From the IMG/VR virus record IMGVR_UViG_3300034374_012521, positions 54,057 through 118,056 of that record: DNA of 64,000 bases; one strand, given 5' to 3'. The translations under genes were made by a program, and so were the position numbers. The DNA comes from a virus. Positions 26,999 to 35,871 of the stretch are shown here, one piece after another. The first letter of the stretch is position 1, and the number at the start of each line of letters is the position of its first letter. Below the pieces are notes generated by a model, which worked only from the letters and a program-made list of their open reading frames with translations, ran no database searches and was not told the DNA's origin.

Positions 26999-28522
26999 TT
27001 AGAGATTAACATTAAAGATCTTGTACTTGAACTTTTCGTTCTTGTAGATCTCGATCCTTGCTTCGCTGTGTTTGAGGAGGTAATTCTTATATCTTGGGGA
27101 AGAAAAATCGTCAACAAAGTCAATCACATTAACCTTGTCCTTTCCATCCATTTTTCTCATTCCCCTACCAAGACTCTGCTTAATCAGGACCTCGCTCTTA
27201 TAAGATTCAACTAAGAAAATGTTGTGAAGGTTGTTGATTGAGATACCGGTAGAGAAAGTACCGTATGTTGCAACCAGGATTTTATTCTCGCCATTGGCCA
27301 TCCTAGATTTATATTCCTCCCTGAGGGATTCGTCGGTATCACCATCAACATAAAAGACCTCTTTATCGTTGGTTATCTCTCTGAGCATATTCCAGATTTG
27401 CTTACCGTATTCGTCTTTTACGGATTGGAATAGCACTAAGGAATTCTTAGATGTTTTAGATATGAATTCAACGACATAGTTAAGCCTCTTCTCACTTTCT
27501 ATTACAAGCTTTCTTTCAAGGTTATAAAGTTCATTGCCCTCAAGATTTTGTGAATTAGCTTTTAAATCTGCTAGCTTTCCCTTAATCTCATCATCCAGCC
27601 AATTCATCCGTACTACCTTGATGTGAACTGGTGTTGCATGTTTATTTTTGAAAAGGAAATCTGGGGAAATTTCAACGACAACAGGGCCCAAGAATTGCTG
27701 TATGGTTAAATGGTCAGCTGATCCCCTTTTAGTAAGAGTCCCAGTTAAACCAAATCTCCACTTACTGTGCATACATTTAGCAACAATCTTCTTAATCGAC
27801 ATTGAGTTGGTGTGATGAGCCTCGTCAACAAAAACTGCATCAATCTCCTCAAAGAAATCTTCGTCTTTCTTAACCAATGATTGGAAAGTACCTATAATAA
27901 GGTCACACCCATCTCTAAGTTTACTACCCCCTCCGATTTGTTGAATTCTTACCCCCAGTTCACCAATACCATAGTCTATAAAGTCATCATTTCCTTGGAA
28001 GACTAGGTTAGTGTTTGGTACAATCATTAAGAACTTTCTAATAAGTCCCCTCTGCTTAAGAAAAGCAAAAATCATGAAAGATATAAGGGTCTTACCAGAA
28101 GATGTAGCAATCTCAGATACCGAATATCTGTATTTTACAATTTTCCATGCAGCTTCAACCTGATAATCACGCGGGGTAATTTCTTTGTCGTCAAAAAATC
28201 CATCCACCCATTCCTGGAATTCCTCCAGAGTTAAGTCACTGAGTATTATCTTATCAAGGCCCTCAATGTCAATTTCTATATTAAACTCTTTTCCTATTTC
28301 TAGGACCTCCCTCCAGAGACCAATAGGAACCTTCCAAAAGGCACCTTTCTTTTCTATAAAGCAAATATTACCGTCCCAGATCTTCTTCTTAACCAATGGG
28401 TGAAAATACCAGTTGTGTATTTTCTTGGTTAGAGAGATCTCAATTTGCCTTTTTTCTATCTCATCATTAGATTGAGCAAGTATTAGCCATTGTTGATCTT
28501 CGGATACATTAAACTTAATCAT
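26999..28522 (-). CDS. uvsW: SF2 DNA helicase UvsW-like
   Basis: PRDYQ, ATSSGKT, VDEAH, GLTGT, TFSTGISI, QSLGRGMR. Confidence 0.92.
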   Translation of the reverse strand: MIKFNVSEDQQWLILAQSNDEIEKRQIEISLTKKIHNWYFHPLVKKKIWDGNICFIEKKGAFWKVPIGLWREVLEIGKEFNIEIDIEGLDKIILSDLTLEEFQEWVDGFFDDKEITPRDYQVEAAWKIVKYRYSVSEIATSSGKTLISFMIFAFLKQRGLIRKFLMIVPNTNLVFQGNDDFIDYGIGELGVRIQQIGGGSKLRDGCDLIIGTFQSLVKKDEDFFEEIDAVFVDEAHHTNSMSIKKIVAKCMHSKWRFGLTGTLTKRGSADHLTIQQFLGPVVVEISPDFLFKNKHATPVHIKVVRMNWLDDEIKGKLADLKANSQNLEGNELYNLERKLVIESEKRLNYVVEFISKTSKNSLVLFQSVKDEYGKQIWNMLREITNDKEVFYVDGDTDESLREEYKSRMANGENKILVATYGTFSTGISINNLHNIFLVESYKSEVLIKQSLGRGMRKMDGKDKVNVIDFVDDFSSPRYKNYLLKHSEARIEIYKNEKFKYKIFNVNL

Positions 28523-28531
28523 CCACCTATT

Positions 28532-28978
28532 TTATTTTATCGTGCTCGCCCTCAAATATTCTTCAAGCGCAATCCTAGATTTTATACCATAGAGCATATG
28601 ATCAACAGTCTGAATTGTTTGGTCGATGAATTTGCGGTGTCCCTCAACTAGCTGTATTTTTTCCACAACGTCTGCAACATCTCCCTCTATAAGTAATTTG
28701 GTCTCGTTTGATCCGTATCTCACATCACTGTTTACAGTATAATCTCTTAGTTTTGAAGCCCTCAACTTTCTTTCCTTTGTAGCAAGTTTGCTGACAATCT
28801 GAGCTAGTTTGTAGCTATATTCTAACAGTATTTGTCTATTAGAAAAAAGCTCTACCTGTGCTTCAGCAACGGTCCTAATGCTTTTTAAGCTCAGTGATAT
28901 TACTTGGATTTTTTCTTTCCATTCAGCTCTTTCACTTTCAAAAAGCTTACCGTAATCAGTTTTTTGTTGCTCTGACAT
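28532..28978 (-). CDS. Recombination mediator UvsY-like
   Basis: 148 aa helical protein next to uvsW; ETKLLIEGD...FIDQTIQTV...YGIKSRI resembles the UvsY C-terminus. Confidence 0.6.
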   Translation of the reverse strand: MSEQQKTDYGKLFESERAEWKEKIQVISLSLKSIRTVAEAQVELFSNRQILLEYSYKLAQIVSKLATKERKLRASKLRDYTVNSDVRYGSNETKLLIEGDVADVVEKIQLVEGHRKFIDQTIQTVDHMLYGIKSRIALEEYLRASTIK

Positions 28979-28979
28979 A

Positions 28980-29228
28980 TTAGAATAATTCGTTGCCTTT
29001 GTTTTTAGTCTTTTTACCTAGCTTTATTTCCTTTACCGAGGATTTCTTAAGTCTTGGGGTTCCTATATCAATATTAGAGGCTTCTACCTTAATATCTTCC
29101 TCATTAAATCTATCAAGAAAAGATACTGGAAATTTTACGTCTCCCTCTTCTGAATTTAAGCTCTCCTCCCATTCATGGGTTTGGTCTATAGTTGGCATCT
29201 CAAGCATATATGAAATCGGATAAATCAA
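28980..29228 (-). CDS. Hypothetical protein
   Basis: Short ORF between primase and UvsY-like; true start may be 29207 or 29198. Confidence 0.55.
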   Translation of the reverse strand: MIYPISYMLEMPTIDQTHEWEESLNSEEGDVKFPVSFLDRFNEEDIKVEASNIDIGTPRLKKSSVKEIKLGKKTKNKGNELF

Positions 29229-30261
29229 GTATTTCCTCCGTAAAGTAGTTATCCAATCTCCTTATTTTTATTCTCTTCGCTCGAAGAAAATTTACAAGGT
29301 CATTTAAGTCCCATTTCTTATTTATCGGAAGTTCGTGATCCACCAAAAACTTCTTCCAATTGAACACCCTTTTACCTGCAGATAGAAGTTCAGAATGTTT
29401 TTGTCTTCCTGCATTATCCCAGTCATACCAGTATTGTACATTTTCAACATCAAACGGAAATTTGTTTTCTATAGAACAAAGTGCAACCGAATTTTTCCAG
29501 AGCCATGAATCCATTGGACCCTCGAAGATTGTGATGGTTCGGTCAAAAGAAATCCGCCCCACATTAAAAACAAATGATACTGGATCTATCTTTTTTGCCT
29601 CTTCTATCAAATTTTGATCGTCCGTCTTAAGAAGCTTTTCCCATATTCCACTTAGTTTATATGTGTAATATTTGGAACCATATGTGGAATCCATATTTCT
29701 AAATTGCAAACCCAATATCTCATTATCCTTAGATAGATTGAAGAGATATAGTTTACCAGTTTCAGGATCCCAGGCAAACTTGTCATCGGATTGCTGGTTT
29801 CTACGTATCAAATAGTTTTCCATCTTAGAGCCCTTAACCTCCTGGAGTCCCATTTCTTGCATGAATCTTTCCCTTGGAATAACTACGGATTTGAAATCAG
29901 TATCGAAAAACAAAGAAATATCTACGTCGCCATAAGTGGTTTGTCTCTTTTCCTTACCCTTCTTGATCAGGTCAATTATATCCCTTTTTTCATCTCCATC
30001 AAGTTTTGATACAACCTGAAAATCACGAAACATAGAGAAAGCATCCTTGTAAATCCCACAACCACCATTATAGCATTTATAGGTGAGGGTATCAACGTAG
30101 AAATTTCCCCTCTTCTTTCTTGGATTTGAAGAATCCCCACAATATGGACAAGAAATATTTAATCTATTACCAGCCTCATATATCTTTTGTTTGCCAGCAT
30201 TTCCAGCAAACTCTTTTCTTAAAATGTCATCTAAAAGTTCCCTAATTCTACCCAAATCCAT
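29200..30261 (-). CDS. DNA primase (T4 gp61-like)
   Basis: Zn-binding CPYCGDS...YKCYNGGC; TOPRIM IFEGPMDS and YDWDNAG; KWDLND. Confidence 0.88.
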   Translation of the reverse strand: MDLGRIRELLDDILRKEFAGNAGKQKIYEAGNRLNISCPYCGDSSNPRKKRGNFYVDTLTYKCYNGGCGIYKDAFSMFRDFQVVSKLDGDEKRDIIDLIKKGKEKRQTTYGDVDISLFFDTDFKSVVIPRERFMQEMGLQEVKGSKMENYLIRRNQQSDDKFAWDPETGKLYLFNLSKDNEILGLQFRNMDSTYGSKYYTYKLSGIWEKLLKTDDQNLIEEAKKIDPVSFVFNVGRISFDRTITIFEGPMDSWLWKNSVALCSIENKFPFDVENVQYWYDWDNAGRQKHSELLSAGKRVFNWKKFLVDHELPINKKWDLNDLVNFLRAKRIKIRRLDNYFTEEILDLSDFIYA

Positions 30262-30281
30262 ATTAATCCTAGTTTACAGTT

Positions 30282-30321
30282 AAAAAAGAAAGGGGGCAGC
30301 AATTCTCATTGCCAAGCCCCC
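30282..30321 (-). terminator. Terminator-like hairpin after SSB
   Basis: GGGGGC/GCCCCC outer stem plus GCAAT/ATTGC inner stem, followed by a T-rich tract on the minus strand. Confidence 0.6.
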
Positions 30322-30334
30322 ATTCAAGATAGAT

Positions 30335-31288
30335 TTAGAGATCTGCGTATAGGTCGTCTAGGGACGATGAAGTTTCTGGTGCTGAAGGTTGGCTGATGCC
30401 CTTATCCTCTTTTGCAGGTTCGGATCCTACCTTTGTTGAAGAAGCTTCATTATAGAAATCGTTCGTTGAACTAGAAGATGAAGTTGTAGTAGAAGATTGG
30501 TTTACACCTCCTAAAACCTCATTAACTAATCTTCCGTCAGGAACTGAATTCTTAATAACATTCATCACACGGTCGGTAGTATTTTGATCCCAATCCTTGT
30601 ATTCAAATTGTGTGAGGTTATCAGGACCTGTTTTAAGGTATTCCATGATTGCATTCATGTCATCCTGATTCTTAGCCATCTTCTTGCCGTTGATCTCGAT
30701 AGCGGTTCTATCACCAACGAATGAGCAAAGATCGTAGTTGTTCCACTCACCAACTTTTCTTGTATGTACTGAGAAAAGTTTACCTTCAAAAAGATCGTAA
30801 GGGTTGCAAGAATCTCCATATTCAGGCTTGAGCTGTGCTTCGAGCATATCGTTTAGCTTACGTCCAAATTTGAAGATCATAATTTTTCCCTCAAGCTCAG
30901 GATTGTGTTTATCCTGTACGATTTGAATGAGTGAGTAGTAGTCTTCCTTTCTAGAAAAACTTCTTGATAATTCTTGGTCTGCTGCTGAATGTGAATTTTT
31001 CAGCTTCCAGAACATGTCCTTAAGTACTGATTTTTTTCCTACCGTTGACGGACAGTCAACTGGAAATCCATCACCTGTTGTTGGATCGTTTAGATAAACG
31101 TAGTACTTGTGGATTTTTGATTTCGTCGGATCGACGTGGTTAGGAAGAAAACGGATCAGCGATTTGTAAACTCCATCCTTTCCGTTTTCCGGATATGGTT
31201 TGTAAAATTCTGTTCCTTCTGAATTCTCCTTTTTTGCTTTCGTTACGAATGCTTCCGCATCCAAATTGAAAATGTCTAAATTACTCAT
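30335..31288 (-). CDS. Single-stranded DNA-binding protein (T4 gp32-like)
   Basis: SLIRFLP, DCPSTVGK, DKHNPELEGKIMIFKFG, NPYDLFEG, NYDLCSF, acidic tail LDDLYADL. Confidence 0.9.
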   Translation of the reverse strand: MSNLDIFNLDAEAFVTKAKKENSEGTEFYKPYPENGKDGVYKSLIRFLPNHVDPTKSKIHKYYVYLNDPTTGDGFPVDCPSTVGKKSVLKDMFWKLKNSHSAADQELSRSFSRKEDYYSLIQIVQDKHNPELEGKIMIFKFGRKLNDMLEAQLKPEYGDSCNPYDLFEGKLFSVHTRKVGEWNNYDLCSFVGDRTAIEINGKKMAKNQDDMNAIMEYLKTGPDNLTQFEYKDWDQNTTDRVMNVIKNSVPDGRLVNEVLGGVNQSSTTTSSSSSTNDFYNEASSTKVGSEPAKEDKGISQPSAPETSSSLDDLYADL

Positions 31289-31329
31289 GATTTTCTCTTA
31301 ATTATTTTTTAAAATCCTTTATTTAATCT

Positions 31330-32112
31330 CTAAGTGTCCCAAATGTTTCCCCTAGACATTATATATCCAAAACTTTTTTCATCTATTTCGTTTTCTGATA
31401 CTTCGGTCTCCCAAACATTCTTACCTCGGAGTGAAACTTTGACAAACGGCCTAGATAAACCAAATTCAGAACTTTCTATGTGATATCTTAGTAAAGTTTC
31501 AGGGTGGAAGTAAATATCGGATAGAATATACTCCTCCAGATAGTCGAACATTTTGCAGTAATGCTCCATTGCATCTCTACCTCCCCAAGCCAATATATCA
31601 TTTACCCCACCTTTCCAATCAAACCCAGGAGGAACATTGATCTTATCCAAGTCCTGTCCTAAATTCAATTCATTGTGAATCTTAATATCCATTCTTCCCT
31701 TGATGACGCAATCGTACTTTTGACCTACCTGGATTTCATATTCTTCCATCAAGGAGTAAGCTTGTCTAATTTTATACCACATCAAAAAAACAGACACTGG
31801 ATTGATCTCACCAGTCTGTGGACCAAACCCCTCATAAGACCAAGCCCTGTCAATAAACTTTCTAATCGCATCAGAACCAAAATCGTCGGTCTTCAAGTGC
31901 TTGGGTGAATACATCTTTATAAGATCGTCAATGGTTAAGGAGTCCACTAGATCTTTAGTTTCAGCATGTAGAGATTGGTTGATTTCACCCGAGGGATTCC
32001 AAGTTGATATGAAAACATCAGTATCATACTTATCTAAAATTTCTGACTTGATAAACGGGAAGGAATCCTGAGCTTCCCTTATTTGACCAGGAAGTAGCAA
32101 GGCAACCCTCAT
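31330..32112 (-). CDS. Putative glycosyltransferase-like protein
   Basis: MRVALLLPGQIRE...DVFISTW...MWYKI...YDCVIKGRMDI...NDILAWG...HPETLL; family typical of polysaccharide loci. Confidence 0.6.
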   Translation of the reverse strand: MRVALLLPGQIREAQDSFPFIKSEILDKYDTDVFISTWNPSGEINQSLHAETKDLVDSLTIDDLIKMYSPKHLKTDDFGSDAIRKFIDRAWSYEGFGPQTGEINPVSVFLMWYKIRQAYSLMEEYEIQVGQKYDCVIKGRMDIKIHNELNLGQDLDKINVPPGFDWKGGVNDILAWGGRDAMEHYCKMFDYLEEYILSDIYFHPETLLRYHIESSEFGLSRPFVKVSLRGKNVWETEVSENEIDEKSFGYIMSRGNIWDT

Positions 32113-32543
32113 GAATAATTCACAATATAATCAGAACATACACCACAACAACTATCAACTTTCTCCTCGTACATCTCAGGTAAAACCGCAATGCTTTTGC
32201 TAATTGGTTGCATCCCAGGAAAAGCCCAAATGAAAGATTTAGAGGTAAGGGTTACCTTGTCGTTTTCGTGCCAAAAAACATTGAGATCTCCATATTCCTT
32301 CAGATAAACCATAGCTGATATGTTTTTACAATGTATCCATAACTTATCCCCTCTTTCTAAAAGCCAAGCAAGATGTATTTTGGTTTCTGGAGAATCGTGT
32401 CCCAAATAGATTGATGCTCCGGAGATCCAAACGTCGATCTCCACATCATACCCCAGATCAAGAGCTTCCTGTATATAGTCAATCGTATTTTCTCTATCCG
32501 GATTTGGACCTTTTAAATTACCTCTATGTGATATTAGCTTCAT
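32109..32543 (-). CDS. Minimal glycerophosphodiester phosphodiesterase (GDPD/PLC-like) protein
   Basis: ISHRGN...ENT...GYDVEIDVW...LGHD...WIHCKN...GVCSDY. Confidence 0.75.
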   Translation of the reverse strand: MKLISHRGNLKGPNPDRENTIDYIQEALDLGYDVEIDVWISGASIYLGHDSPETKIHLAWLLERGDKLWIHCKNISAMVYLKEYGDLNVFWHENDKVTLTSKSFIWAFPGMQPISKSIAVLPEMYEEKVDSCCGVCSDYIVNYS

Positions 32544-32544
32544 A

Positions 32545-33780
32545 TCAGAATATTCGATAGTCTAGATCTTCCGAGAAACATTTATTACCCCACTTTTCTA
32601 TTGCTGCTTTATATTCAGGCTCATCATGATCTCCATCGATAGACTGTCTCATTGCCAAGGCACCAGCTCTAGTTCCCTGTGGGTGTCCATGCATAGCACC
32701 GCCAACGTTTGCCATCCAATCGAAGCTTCCTATTGTTGTATTAATATACTCAACAAGCCCTGGATGCATACCACAGCTTAAAGCAGGAACAATGTTATAA
32801 TTCCAAAGGGTTTGTAAGGTATCTTTTATTTCCTGCTCATCTTGGCTCATATAACCGCCGATCATTCCTGCATGGATCGAATCGACTCCAGACCACCCAG
32901 CGATCTTGCACAAAACCGGCCAGTAAATGTGGTTTGGCGCCCTACGGTCAGTAAAGAATTTATCTCCGCTCTTTTGGAAATGTATCCAGAGATTTGGATT
33001 TTGCTTTCTAATAGCACGATAAATTCCCAGGCCGCTCCACACGTTTATGTGTATTCCGTTCCCACCGTTATCTGCTACAAATTTTGCCCTTTCTAAGGCA
33101 TATGGACTATCACCATTTATGCAAAAGCAATAAATTACGTCGGGCGCATTCTCTTTTAACCAAGATGAAATCAAAGGTACTCTTTCTTCAAGAGGGCAGT
33201 GGGAAGGGTTAGCAAGTAATTCATCCTCTTTGATGAAATTCACACCACCATAAACCATTTCCTTCACAGCTTCGAGAAGAACAGAGGGAGACATACCAAC
33301 CTTAGGTTTAACTATTCCACCTAAGAAAGGTCTTTGTTTTATACCATTAAATTTCCTCCATCCATCAATACCATAGGCCGGATTTAAAGAAAATGATCTC
33401 TCAGCATCCTCAGGCAAAGAAATGTCCAAGACATGACATTGTCTTACTTCCTCTATGTCAACCTGACCACCAGCTATATGACAAAGTATTTGAGAGATCC
33501 CATCTTCTTCCAAATTAAGATTTGCTAGAGGAAAAGCTATCTCGATCTCGCCCTCTTTTAGCTGGGTAAGATCTTCTTCGTTTGCAAGAATAAAGCAACT
33601 GTGATTTTCAAACATCTCATCGGTTTCCCACTCGCTCCTATTATTCGGGTTACCTATACTTTGACCTATAGCCAAATTCCAGGAAGCTTCCCTCAAAGAA
33701 GTTTTAGCTTCCAAAAAGTATTTGACTATAAAATACTGGGATGTATCAAAATCCGCCTTATTTTTAAAAATGCTTATCAT
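32545..33780 (-). CDS. RuBisCO-like protein (form IV RLP)
   Basis: GGIVKPKVG, FIKEDE (carbamylation motif variant), GVDSIHAG, PALSCGMHPG, GGAMHGHPQG. Confidence 0.9.
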   Translation of the reverse strand: MISIFKNKADFDTSQYFIVKYFLEAKTSLREASWNLAIGQSIGNPNNRSEWETDEMFENHSCFILANEEDLTQLKEGEIEIAFPLANLNLEEDGISQILCHIAGGQVDIEEVRQCHVLDISLPEDAERSFSLNPAYGIDGWRKFNGIKQRPFLGGIVKPKVGMSPSVLLEAVKEMVYGGVNFIKEDELLANPSHCPLEERVPLISSWLKENAPDVIYCFCINGDSPYALERAKFVADNGGNGIHINVWSGLGIYRAIRKQNPNLWIHFQKSGDKFFTDRRAPNHIYWPVLCKIAGWSGVDSIHAGMIGGYMSQDEQEIKDTLQTLWNYNIVPALSCGMHPGLVEYINTTIGSFDWMANVGGAMHGHPQGTRAGALAMRQSIDGDHDEPEYKAAIEKWGNKCFSEDLDYRIF

Positions 33781-34100
33781 TCAATTACAAATTTATCACC
33801 AGGAACCGAGGGGGTCTTAACTATAAAAACTTCACAGTCTTCCAAAAATACGGGGTCAGCAATTTCATCTTTCCTTAGAATAAACACATCCCCCGAATTT
33901 AATTCCCGTCCTTGTATAATCATTTTACCCGATCTGAGGAAGTTTATTTCATCCGCTTCCTTATGGTAATGTTTTGGCCACTCTTCGCCCTTGAAGTGCT
34001 TTTTATAACAAATCTCAAAATCACTAGTTTGGTAAGCTACTGGGGAGAAATCTCCAGCATACCAACCTCCCTTCATATCTTCAATTCTATAAACTTCCAT
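33777..34100 (-). CDS. Cupin-domain protein
   Basis: GWYAGDFSP, KHYHKEADEINF, LNSGDVFIL, VKTPSVPGDK. Confidence 0.8.
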   Translation of the reverse strand: MEVYRIEDMKGGWYAGDFSPVAYQTSDFEICYKKHFKGEEWPKHYHKEADEINFLRSGKMIIQGRELNSGDVFILRKDEIADPVFLEDCEVFIVKTPSVPGDKFVIE

Positions 34101-34103
34101 AAA

Positions 34104-34835
34104 CTAAACCAACTTTAAAAATTTATCCAGGTCCTCTGGGGTACCTATCGGAAAGTGAAGGTTATAGAAGAAGGGCAATATTTTCTTTCCACTTTTTATC
34201 ATGTAATTGTAGGTAGGTGCAACATAGAACTCATTATTGTACCGATCGTTTGCTGCTATCATTTGTTCCGCACTTTCCACAAAGTATTTACCATGCTTCC
34301 AAAAATGTAACCCGTTAGTAGCAATGTTGGAAATCACAATTTTTTCCTTCACATCACAGACCTCTCCGTTTGGATCTAACTTAACATAGCTGTTCTTTTT
34401 AGAAGAGGAAAGAAAACATCCCAACAATCCATCACACCCCGTAGTTCTTGCAAAATCTAAAATGAAGTCCAGATTGAAATCCAGAATAATCTGATCACAG
34501 TTAACAACAATGAGAGGCAGATCGTTATTGATCGACTGACTTGCAAAGAGAACCGTTGAAGCTGGTCCTTGTGTTAATGTTGGGGTTGAGAAAATCTCAT
34601 ACGATATTCCCATGTCTGATATATGGGAGTCAAATTCTGTAGGAGAAATATATTCCTCGTTTATCACAAATACAAAGTGTGCATCTTGATGATTTAGGTT
34701 TTTAATCACTGACCTAATCATCGTTTCTCCGCTGACGTCTATAAATGGTTTTATCTGTAGGTATCCAGCGTCGCTGAATCTCCTTCCAGCACCTCCGAGA
34801 GGAATAAGAATGTTAACCTTCTTTGATTGAGTCAT
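34104..34835 (-). CDS. Sugar-phosphate nucleotidyltransferase (GT-A fold NTP transferase)
   Basis: ILIPLGGAGRRF...KPFIDV, TQGPAST, VNCDQ, VKEK, NEFYVAPTYN, IGTPEDL. Confidence 0.85.
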   Translation of the reverse strand: MTQSKKVNILIPLGGAGRRFSDAGYLQIKPFIDVSGETMIRSVIKNLNHQDAHFVFVINEEYISPTEFDSHISDMGISYEIFSTPTLTQGPASTVLFASQSINNDLPLIVVNCDQIILDFNLDFILDFARTTGCDGLLGCFLSSSKKNSYVKLDPNGEVCDVKEKIVISNIATNGLHFWKHGKYFVESAEQMIAANDRYNNEFYVAPTYNYMIKSGKKILPFFYNLHFPIGTPEDLDKFLKLV

Positions 34836-35484
34836 ATAAAAATAAACATATCCAGGTCGAATCTATAATATCATCCAATGGCTTGTTTACATTACCGGAG
34901 GGAGTTATCCATTCGTCCTTATTTTCTTCTAAAATACTAGTGAAAGACCCTAAATTAGTTTCTGGAAATTTGTGATCAATAAGAGAATTATAAAGTTCGT
35001 GTTTTTTTGCATTTCCCTTAAAAGCGAACTTCTTGATAGAGGTGGGTGAATAAACATAGAAATTATCGCTACCTGTATGATCAACTATTTTCTTACGGAG
35101 TAGAGCTGTGGCCATAGAGATATCAATCAAAGCATTACCATTAGAGGCAAAACTTAGTCCTTCCATAGCTACAACAATATCATCACCTGCACAGATATTT
35201 TCTACTTCAGACCAAAATTCATCAACGAGCTCCTGAAAATAATCTATCTTTATCCTTTCCCTTTCCGAGTAGTCTTCTGGCATTTTATCCTTTGACATAA
35301 ACATAAGAACATAGTCTTCCGTTTTGTCTTCAGATAAAACATAGTAAGGTTTTTTAGCATTTTTCTTAAGTGATTCTGCAGTCCGGTCACTTCTTGTTAA
35401 AGACCCCCAAGTGAATTGATTATCCCTTAGAATACAGAATGCGGGTGAATTAAGGGAAAAGTCTATCCCAACTAATGTTTTCAA
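34813..35484 (-). CDS. RuvC-like Holliday junction resolvase
   Basis: VGIDFSLNSP, VAMEGLSF, PTSIKKFA-x-GNAKK, DDIIDS; TTG start; GATATATA at 35510-35517. Confidence 0.8.
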   Translation of the reverse strand: MKTLVGIDFSLNSPAFCILRDNQFTWGSLTRSDRTAESLKKNAKKPYYVLSEDKTEDYVLMFMSKDKMPEDYSERERIKIDYFQELVDEFWSEVENICAGDDIVVAMEGLSFASNGNALIDISMATALLRKKIVDHTGSDNFYVYSPTSIKKFAFKGNAKKHELYNSLIDHKFPETNLGSFTSILEENKDEWITPSGNVNKPLDDIIDSTWICLFLYDSIKEG

Positions 35485-35522
35485 AATGTATGTGTTTTAG
35501 AATACAAGTTATATATCAACAC

Positions 35523-35549
35523 AAAAAAGCTCCCCGTTTCCAGGGAGCT
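35523..35549 (-). terminator. Intrinsic terminator
   Basis: AGCTCCC-N8-GGGAGCT followed by a T tract on the minus strand. Confidence 0.75.
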
Positions 35550-35567
35550 GAAACTCTTATGAGTCGG

Positions 35568-35588
35568 TCCTTGGATACTATCCAAGGA
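35568..35588. repeat. Perfect 21-bp palindrome
   Basis: TCCTTGGATA-C-TATCCAAGGA. Confidence 0.85.
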
Positions 35589-35596
35589 GAAGTGGG

Positions 35597-35842
35597 TTAC
35601 ATATTAGGCTTTACAACCTCGCCTTTCTTTCCAGTATAGTTGTAATCATTAATGAGCTTGTCATAACACTTTTTCATCTGATCGTCAGTCAAGCAATCAA
35701 CAATATCATTTAGCACCCTCTGATCGTTGCCGGATGCAGCTACTAAAAGATCTTTCATATGTTGCTTTAGGTCATCCTCGCCGTACATTGGCTGACCATA
35801 TTTCATTTCATTAATTTTGGTTAAATCTGAGAACTTCTTCAT
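35597..35842 (-). CDS. Small hypothetical protein with capsid-targeting-like N-terminus
   Basis: MKKFSDLTKINEMKY; GATATATA at 35864-35871. Confidence 0.7.
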   Translation of the reverse strand: MKKFSDLTKINEMKYGQPMYGEDDLKQHMKDLLVAASGNDQRVLNDIVDCLTDDQMKKCYDKLINDYNYTGKKGEVVKPNM

Positions 35843-35871
35843 ACCTTAGTATTTTTTGTATTTTATATATC

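Noticed and set aside
32545-33780. Bona fide RuBisCO / carbon-fixation gene
   Set aside because: Lacks K334, H294, N123 and E60 equivalents; no small subunit or phosphoribulokinase nearby.
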